Part shown: positions 47,485-64,000 of the stretch, one piece after another | Numbering within the stretch: position 1 is the stretch's first letter | How the letters are laid out: the number at the start of each line of letters is the position of its first letter | Assembly (NCBI GenBank): GCA_963693365.1 | Contig: CAVNZM010000008.1 | Coordinates: 5,480,310-5,544,309, forward strand | Reading direction: 5' to 3' | Length of the DNA stretch: 64,000 bases | From: Amoebidium appalachense | Taxonomy: Eukaryota > Protista > Ichthyosporea | The notes under the pieces: generated by a model | The model's input: the letters and a program-made list of their open reading frames with translations, nothing else | Told to the model about the DNA's origin: nothing | Database searches by the model: none | Made by a program: the position numbers and the translations under genes

Positions 47485-47571
47485 TGGCTTACAACCCAGG
47501 TATGTAATAATTCTGTGATGGGAGCATTTGGCTTACAACCCAGGCATGTAATAATTCTGTGATGGGAGCAT
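47485..47571. repeat. 44-bp direct tandem repeat x2
   Basis: tggcttacaacccagg(t/c)atgtaataattctgtgatgggagcat repeated. Confidence 0.85.
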
Positions 47572-47918
47572 AAGTCTGGTGTGTGTGTGTGTGTGTGTAT
47601 GTTGGGGGGGGGGGGGGGGGGAGGGGGAGGGTGTGTGTGTGTGTGTGTGTGTGGGCCGGGTGTGTGTGTGTGTGTGTGTGTGGTTCCTGAAGAAAAATAT
47701 ACCTTGTAGATGTGTGACATGCCGTCAAACCGAACCGTTTCGAGATGGGAACTGTGATTCGCTGATTACGCGTCCGAACGTCATTGAGTATGCTTGTGCT
47801 TATTTTTGTGGGGTATGGTGATGTGTGACACCGTATTATTCGTGTGTACGTGCTTTGGGGAAGAGGAGGTTGGGGTTGGGTGGGTTGGGCTGGGTAGGTG
47901 TGTACGTGTGAGTGAGCT

Positions 47919-47952
<34 letters not shown>

Positions 47953-48272
47953 TATGGTGTTGGCATTATAGGAGATGGTGGTGGGAGGGGAGGGGGGAGG
48001 GGGGGGGGGAAGTGCCAGGCTCTTTGCTTTTGAACGCGCCCATATGCCTTAGCGGCATGTATGTTGCTTGTGCTTCAACGCTTTATTTGTTGCACCCACT
48101 TCAAACGGCCATGTGCCACGCCTTATGCGTCCACCTGCCCAATCTGTGAAGCATTACTATGACAACATGGGCTTTCATAGAAGCATGGGCACACTGTAAG
48201 GAAAAGCTTCACATTTACATTGAATGACCCCCCCCCCTCCCCCCTCCCCCCCCCCTCCCCCCCTCCCAACAG

Positions 48273-55847
<7,575 letters not shown>

Positions 55848-56478
55848 TTGGCCGAGGGTCATGCGTGGAATGTGGGGAATGTGTGGAATGCACCCGTGCC
55901 GTGTGCCGTGATAGAGGCTGCAACGATGATTTGTGTGTTTGTGTGCCGGGGGGGGGGGGGGGGGGGGGGGGGGGATCCACAAGTATGGCGAATATCTTTT
56001 CTGGGATAGAGTGGGTGTGGGTGTGGGTGTGTTTGTGCGTTTGAAGTTTTTGAGGGGGTTAGGCGGTACTTATATATGTATAGTGCTACCTCTCGTGTCC
56101 TGCATATGATACATACTTGCTAGTGTTAATTTATATATAATACTCGCAACTGTTTAGTGGTCACTTATCGAGTTTCCCTACACTATTTTTTTTTTACAGC
56201 TTGGATCAACACATCGTGTGTTGTAATCTGCATTGAACGGTCTGATTTGTACATTCGATTTGTTTGTATCTACTTTTGTTCAGAATTATAATCAATTAGG
56301 CTGCCCTTGCCTTTTCGATGGATGTTTGGGGGCTGATAAATTTAAAGAGGTGGGGAGGGGAGTATTGCCAATCCCTTCGGATGAATATAAATAAAAGGAA
56401 CTGCTCTGTGAGCATATTGCTCGATTCAATAGTACACGTGTCTCTCCTCCCTATGTGTGTGTTCATTGTTCTCTCTCT

Positions 56479-56520
<42 letters not shown>

Positions 56521-56702
56521 TGGAGGGGTTCGCTTCTCTTTTTCTCTGCTCTTTGGGCGGCAACGTGTGTGACACCGGTGTGTGTGTGTGTTGGAGGAAC
56601 CGGGGAACCAGGGGGGGGAGAGGGGGGGGGAGGGGGGGGGGGGGGGGGGGGGGGGGAGGTTACACTTGTCTCTCCTCACTCTCTTTCCTTGAGTGTGTGT
56701 GT

Positions 56703-56736
<34 letters not shown>

Positions 56737-56762
56737 TAGCAATTGCTTTTTCCCCCTCTCCT

Positions 56763-56804
<42 letters not shown>

Positions 56805-57257
56805 TATGTGAGTGCCTGGGTGTGTGTGACCGTGCGCTTGTGTGTGTGCTTGTGAGGGCCGGGGTAATCATTTGGGCATTGCTATGCCACCAGATGTACA
56901 GAACATGAAGAAGCATCACTCCATGCATTGCCGTAAAATGAGACAAAGAATGACACGTTAAAGTTTATTAAATTAATGCACCAATAGAAATTATTCTTTT
57001 AGAAATCATGTCCTATCCTGGCGCTAGCCTAAATTAACGTTCCAACCTTGGCAGCGTTAAATAATATCCACATTAATGCGGTTGGCATGGCTAAATTTAG
57101 AACGGCCAATTCTTACTATATTGTACATGAGTTGTATTGTATGTTGCATATAAGCAGATAGTATTTCCCCCAACTCTAACCCATACCATGACGAATACAT
57201 TCCACCCGAAACCCATGCTCCACTCACTCCCCAATCTGAAAGCAATCGACCCCCTCC

Positions 57258-57288
<31 letters not shown>

Positions 57289-57363
57289 ACCCACCCACCC
57301 CTCCTCCACCCCACCCCCCGCCCAACCCAACCAAACAATCATAATCATCGAAAACTTAAACAC

Positions 57364-58576
57364 TTAAACGTTTGCCTTTGCCTTTCCCGGCGACGCATGA
57401 GGGTGCACGCCAAACCCATTCCCGGCTCCCTGCAAAGCTACCGTAGGAAGACTCCCCTTCCTCCCCCCAACTGTAACCGTCAGAGAATTTCCGCGTGAAT
57501 CCCCCCTCCTGACGACATTAGCAACATTTGCAGGGGGGTTCCGGGTACCCAACCCGTACTCCCCATACTTCTCCTGTCCCCCCCGACCCCCCCACTAACC
57601 CCACCATCGGTTTCATTTCCAATCGACGAATCTCCATCGCCCTCGCTCCCATCTTCGTCATTTTTTGTTATATCATCATCACATAGATTGAAGTGTGTGC
57701 TCGTGTGATGTTGTTGTTGGTGGTGCAAAGAGGGCGAAACCCCTTTTGCGGGATTCGAGTGATGATTTTCGCCACCGGTGGTGGTGGGGGTTCTTGGGAG
57801 TGCCGCTGCGGATTGGGAGCGACGGACGGTGATGGTGCCGGTTCTGGTGGTGGGGTTCACTTCGCGATCTGAGATGGGCGCATTGGAAGGTTGGTGGGTG
57901 TTGGTGTAGGTGTGGGTGTGGGCGGCGGCATTGGATGTGTCGTCTCGGCCAGAGAAAAGGGTGTCTACGCGATGGCTGGCAGAGTCTGTATGGTGGTTGG
58001 AGAGAGAAAAAGGAAGGATTGGGAGAGAGGAAAGGCAGGTGCGCGGGGGGGCGGGGGGGGGGGGAGGGAGGGGGAGGGGAAGCGGAAGGGGGGGGGGGGG
58101 GGGGGGGGGGGAGGGGGGGATGGAGGGAATGAAATGAGTTACAGAGTCCGAAGCGCACGTTCATGCATATGACGGACAACACAGTGCCGAGTGCAAAGCA
58201 CCCGTGGTGAGTCAACGAAATCCAACTCAGTTCACGTAAGGAATTTATGGTCAGATGTCTCAATTAGAGACTCAGGGGGGTGGGTGGGTTAGTGGGTGGG
58301 TGGATGGATGGTGGTGGTGGTGGTGGTGTGGGGGGGGAGGGGAAGGGGAGATGGGGGTTGAATGCGCAATAAAGTACGAGTACACATAAACAACGGCAAC
58401 ACGATGCAGAGTGCAAACCACACATAAAGAGTATGTATCATTGAAGCAGAGCCCATCCTCAGAGGGGGCCGACGGGGGGGGGGGGGGGGGGGGGGGGATG
58501 ATACTTTGTGCAATCTCTAGAGGGGTTTGGTATCGTTGGAATGCGACATGATAGCTGTGATGATGAGAGGAAGAGG

Positions 58577-58610
<34 letters not shown>

Positions 58611-58618
58611 TGGGTTGT

Positions 58619-58688
<70 letters not shown>

Positions 58689-59554
58689 GGGTAATTTTCT
58701 TTTTCCTTTCAACTATTCCTTTACTTTTAGAATTTTTTTTTTGGGGGGGGGAGGGGGGGCTGAGGAGCGGGAGGGCTGGTATTTTACCTTTATTTGACTC
58801 TTCGCGTGCGGTGGCCGAGGACTGGGAATTTTTCCGGCGCAGGGTGGCAAAGAACCCCGCCTTGCTGCTGGCCTGCACTGAGTTGGCCCGCCTGCGCCTG
58901 GATCCCAGCATCCTGCAGTTGGAAACTCCGGTTTTATTATACGGTATATTTCGGACCTGGATATTTGATATATCTTTGGCATGGATACATGGGATTTATC
59001 TTATATGGATATATGGTGTATATCGGACACGGATTTATGAGATGTTTCGAAATTCGGATATCGATACACAGACGATGTGCGGTGTATGTATTGAAGTTGT
59101 GTAGTAGTGAAAAAATTTACTGTGGGTTCCTAAACTTACGTAGTGATGTAATATGTATGCAATAGTAGATTTGAACATAGTGGCGGTGTATCCGGGCCAT
59201 GGATATGTATATCGTTAAAGTGAATAAACAAATAGGATACCTTTTTCATAGTATGTGATATATACATATATATAAATAGCACATCCCCCTTGCCCCCCCC
59301 CCCCCCCCCCCCCCCCCCCTCCCCCCCCCCATACACACACCCACACACACACACACGCGTACAAAGATGGGATAGATATGATCGGATAAATGAACATTTG
59401 TTTTGTAGTTCCGCCTTGTGGGCATGAATTTTTATTCTATGATATCCCGTCCATGTATATCTCGCCATTACTAGAAATACGGGCCAACCGTTCATCCACT
59501 GACCACCCAGACACAACCACCTTTTATGATAAGTGGCTTCTAGCCCACATGCCC

Positions 59555-59603
<49 letters not shown>

Positions 59604-59932
59604 CACACACACACACCCGCAAACACACACACGCACACCACCACCACCACCATCACACACAACCACGCGAGCGCACACACACAACTACCCACATGCCCTC
59701 CCCCACCCACCCACCCCCACACACACAACACACTCGTCCATTCATCCACACTGAACCCTCCCCCCTCCCCCCTCCCCCTCCCCCTCCCTCCCTCCCCTCC
59801 CCCCCTCCGCCCCCATCCCCCACCCACCCTGGCCCCGCCAGTCCCCACCCACATCCTCCCACTCCCCCCCCCCCCCCCCCCCCCCCCCCGCCCTCTCCCC
59901 TTCCCCCCCCCACTTCCCCCCTCCCTCCCCTC

Positions 59933-60028
<96 letters not shown>

Positions 60029-62005
60029 TCTATCCAGTGTCTGGTTCCATCCAGCATACCTCCCACCCACACCGTGCCCATCCTCCTCCCCACCACCCTT
60101 TCCGCCAGAAGCACCGGCTTCCTCTTCGAGCAGAATGTCTTCGGCTGACACAGACTTGGCCTTGTCTGGTGGTTCAATTTGGTAATGTAATGCGGTCAAC
60201 ACTCGAGATCGGTGGAGATAAGAATAGAAAAGCTGAGGGAGAGGGATGGAAGGGTGGCGGAGGGTGGGGGACGGGGGTAGGGGGGTGGGGTGGACTTGGC
60301 TTGTCTAGTGGTGGTAATGTAATGTGGTCAATACGGGAGATGGGTGGAGGAAATAAGAAAATAAGAATAGAAAAAGCAAGGGAGAGGGACGAAAGCGTGG
60401 GGGAGGGGGAAGGAGGGGGACGGGAGAAGGGGGGAGGGGGGGGCGGACGCGGGGGGGAATAGAATGTGTTACAGAGTACGAAATAGACACATCGCCACGG
60501 AGAATACATTGCAGTTTTTGTTTGCGAGCAAACACAAAGGGTGTGTAATCTAAGCAGAGCACATTCGCAAAGAGGGTCCGAAGGTCGACCCGTTCACCAG
60601 GGAGGAAGGGGGGGGGGGGGGGGGGGGGGGGGGGGAGACTAGGGAGAGTTAATGTGCAACGGAACTCGGAAGAGAGATTAGGAAAGAAGAGGGCCAGGGG
60701 AGAATGGGGAGGCTATCGAGAAGAAAGTATTTTTTTGTTTGGGGGTGTGGGGGGATGGGGAGGGGGGAGGAGGGGGGGGGGGGGGAGGCTAGAATGTGTC
60801 ATAGAGTACGAAGCAGACATTCATAGCGAACAACATACTAGGCAGAGTCCAAACCACAGAGAGATAATATGAAAATAAACAGTTTATAAAAATAGTAATA
60901 TGAGTAATAAGAGTCCATCCGCAGGAAGGGCCCAAGTCATCCACAGGGGGGGGGGGGGGGGGGGAAGGGGGGGGGGGGGGGGAAGAGGGATGGTGAGGGC
61001 GGGGGGAAGGGGGGGCTGGATCCACTCACCCAATGCTTTGTCGGCACCCAAAGCACTTGCCCTTCTTGCCCTCCCATTACCGATCACAGCCGTCAGATTG
61101 GCAACAACACGTTCCCCCACACCCGCCCCCGCCCCCGCCCCTGCCCCCGTCCCCACCCCTTCACCGCCCTCCCCGGCGCCGCCTGTAGACTTGCGCACTC
61201 GACGAATGAGAGTGCCCACCCAGTTTGGGGTGGATGTTTTGCGCTCCGTTTCCTGTTTTTCCTTTTCATGTTCCTGCTCCGTTGACGCAGTTGCGGTGTT
61301 TGTGCTGCCCGTGTTCGCGTTGTTGTTGTTGTTGTTGTTGTTGTTGACCGCACTTCCCTTTTCGTCCTTTTTGTGTTGTTGTTCCGTTTCACTGCACCCC
61401 GCACCCACATAATCCCCCTCACCCCTCTCCACCAACCCTATCTCCTTATTTCCCGCCTCTGCAGCCGCCGTCGTCGTTTTACCCTCCTCCACTCCTAACC
61501 CAATCACCAACGGCACATCCGCACAACCATTATTATTAGTCGCTGAAGAAGAAACATTATTATTTCCCCCCGTCGCCGCTGCCGACGACGACATGAAACT
61601 TCCGCACTTTTCCATCACGAGCCACATTGTCTCCATGCGCGCAGTGAAAACCGCTTTTTCCTTCGGCTCCATTCCGTCCGCCACCGCACGCACCTCCGCG
61701 TGAAATTCCTCCTTGCTCACGGAACCAATCGAAGCCCTTCCGACGCTTCCCACGGATCCTTCCTTGTCCTTCCACGACTTATTGATGTCGTTTTCCTGCC
61801 CTACAAAGTTCTGACGGAATTTCACGAGAAGTCGGCGCGCGTCCGTGAGTTTTTCCTTTGCGGCTTTCGAACCCCGGCGCAAGGTGCCGCCCATCTTTTC
61901 GCGGAGCTCGGGCGAGCCCGGGAGGGAGGGGGGTGCGGACATGGTTCCCATAGCGACTGAGGAGAGGGTCGAGTGAAGGGAGTGTGTGTCTGTGGGTGTG
62001 TGTGT

Positions 62006-62039
<34 letters not shown>

Positions 62040-62080
62040 AGCAAAGGGGGAAGAGGGAGGGAGGGATGGGGCGAGGGGTA

Positions 62081-62153
<73 letters not shown>

Positions 62154-62154
62154 T

Positions 62155-62250
<96 letters not shown>

Positions 62251-64000
62251 ATGGGTGGGTAGGTGGGTGGTCGAGGGGTGTTAGGGTGGGATGGGGCAGG
62301 TGGGTTGGGGGTGGGGGTGCGGGATGGGGAGAAGGAGTGCCATGGCGTGTATGTGTGTCAGTGGTAGCCTGAGAAATCTCTTAGGGAAATGTTTTTGGAA
62401 AGAGGGCCAATGATGAGAAAGGGAACTCGAGTAAAAAGAGTGATGTTATGGGCAACAGGGTGTGTGTGTGGGTGTTTGTGGGTGTGATGACGGGGAATGG
62501 GGGAAGGTGGCCTGGGAAAGAATATAGTTTTGATCGAGAGGAGAGAGAGGTGAGGTGAATGAGTTGTTCTTTCTTTTGTGCGTATGTTGGGTAGGGCGAG
62601 TGGCGGGTTAAGATGTGTTGAAAGGTACGAAGTTCACATTTTCTACGATGGACAATTGCCTAAAAAATAATTAAAAAAAAAGAATAGTGTTGGTGTGTGT
62701 GGTCGGGGAGAGGGGGAGAGTGGTAGTATAGGATGCGGAACACTTTACAAGGTACAACTACACGATGAGAAACAGTGTGCAGGCCACATGCCAAGGCAAA
62801 CAAACGCTCACCCACACAACATCAGCAACATAACACATATCATTCCAAACAAGCAGACCCCATCCTCAGGGAAGGCCCGTTTTGGTGGAGACGGGGGAAG
62901 GGGGGAGGGGGGGGGGTTTGAATGCGGAACACGGTACGAAGTACGCATACACGACGAGAAGGGGGGAGGGGGGGGGGAGGGAGACAGAGAGAGAGAGAGA
63001 GGAATAGCGAGGGGGGAGGGGGTGGGGGGAAGAGGGGGAGGGGGGGGGGGGGTAGTAAGCTGAGCACACACGCACCAGAAAGGGTGCCGCTTTCCTTCGA
63101 CCTCCCGTGCCCCTCGCTATCGATCCTCCCCAGAGACAAACCCCCAGACATACCCCCAGACTCGCCCCCCTGCGACCTCGTCGACGCATACGGCGGTGGC
63201 AGCGGCGGCGGCCCCCCCCGGCAACGTTGAAAAATTTGTCGTCGATGCGGACTGGCGGAGAGAGAAGCCGTGAAGAGAAACCCCAGTCAGAGCACCCGTA
63301 GATGTACTCGCACGGAGGAGGGAAGGGGAGGAATGTGGGGAGACGTTAACGTTGATATGGGAGGTGGAGTGGCGGAGGGAGGCGGGAGAGGCGGTGGAAG
63401 GGTTGGAAGGGCTGGAACTCGAATCCAGGGTTAGAAATACGTTGTGGGCGCTCTGCCTTACGTCGTGGAGAGGGTATGACCCACCCTCGGAGTCGTGGTC
63501 TGTCGTCAGAGCAAATATGGAGTTGCGCGACTTCTTGCGCAAAGTCCCATACCACCCCTCCCCACCACTCCCGCCACCACCACTCCCACCACTACTGCTT
63601 CCCGAACTAAGCACACCCGATCCCCCTCCCCCACCACTCACACCACCGCCCACACCTCCACCCGAACCACCACCGATTCCACCATTATTTGCGTTCGATT
63701 GGCGCCTTGGAACAATCCCACCACCGCCGCCCCCGGCGCCACCAGAAAAATCCCCCCCCAACCCCTGCGTTCCTCGCCGCGTCCCTATGAAGCGACTTCT
63801 TCCTATCGATACTCCCTCCCACCGCCGCCGTCAAAGTCGAACTCGAATTTGAATAAAACCCCCCCTGCTCCTTCTTGCTCACCCACACCCGCCAACCCCA
63901 TCCCCATCCCTACCCCGGCGGAAAATTTCCTTTCTGAGGGTGGCGTGAACATCATCCCGAGCCCATCCTGCCCCTGCCCCTGCCCCTGCTGCTCGTACGA
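57364..64000 (-). CDS. Large low-complexity protein of unknown family, 3' part; exons >64000-~63076, ~61990-61030, 60144-60027, 58912-58788, 57985-57364 (or 57480)
   Basis: Phase-compatible GT-AG junctions join S/G/T-rich coding segments. Recurrent [G/A]TLR[R/K] motif and RRxS sites. The model needs frameshifts at C runs (~57580, 63212-63219, 63752-63759). Confidence 0.65.
58358..58470 (-). mobile_element. Degenerate fragment of the 453-bp family
   Basis: ggggttgaatgcgcaataaagtacgagtac...aagcagagcccatcctcagaggggg matches the family end and hairpin. Confidence 0.7.
60460..60941 (-). mobile_element. Two highly degenerate fragments of the 453-bp family (~60460-60583, ~60790-60941)
   Basis: tagaatgtg...agagtacgaa... 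starts after G runs; taagcagagc and ccatccgcaggaagggcccaagtcatc match the consensus. Confidence 0.6.
62732..62960 (-). mobile_element. Degenerate (62732-62879) and short near-exact (62917-62960) fragments of the 453-bp family
   Basis: gatgcggaacac...tacacgatgagaa...aagcagaccccatcctcagggaaggccc, then GGGGtttgaatgcggaacacggtacgaagtacgcatacacgacgagaa. Confidence 0.8.

Overview
Intron-rich eukaryotic genomic DNA. The Hsp70 N-terminus is animal-like, so a unicellular holozoan is a reasonable guess, but this is inference only. Introns and intergenic DNA are saturated with poly-C/poly-G tracts and (CA)n/(GA)n microsatellites, so most of the supplied ORFs are spurious. Genes reconstructed by hand from GT-AG exons: cytosolic Hsp70 (5' part, -), ABHD13/Bem46-family alpha/beta hydrolase (-), mitochondrial MnSOD (+), F-box/LRR protein (-), mitochondrial ribosome recycling factor (+), an intronless 114-aa stand-alone Phactr/Bni4/neurabin-type PP1-docking protein (+), a penta-EF-hand protein (+) and a large disordered protein with a repeated [G/A]TLR[R/K] motif (-, runs off the window). 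The main finding is a ~453-bp non-coding repeat family with nine copies or fragments. All lie in introns and in the same orientation relative to the host gene. The clear copies share one 3' end at a poly-C tract, have variable 5' truncation, and three are ~1.5-unit head-to-tail concatemers. The host-sense strand is heavily base-paired with G-U wobbles. This pattern suggests a poly-C/G-targeted retroposed, possibly circular, structured RNA. Also present: a ~690-bp foldback palindrome carrying a 110-bp MITE with covarying hairpin TIRs and a 9-bp TSD, and several homopolymer frameshifts in coding exons.
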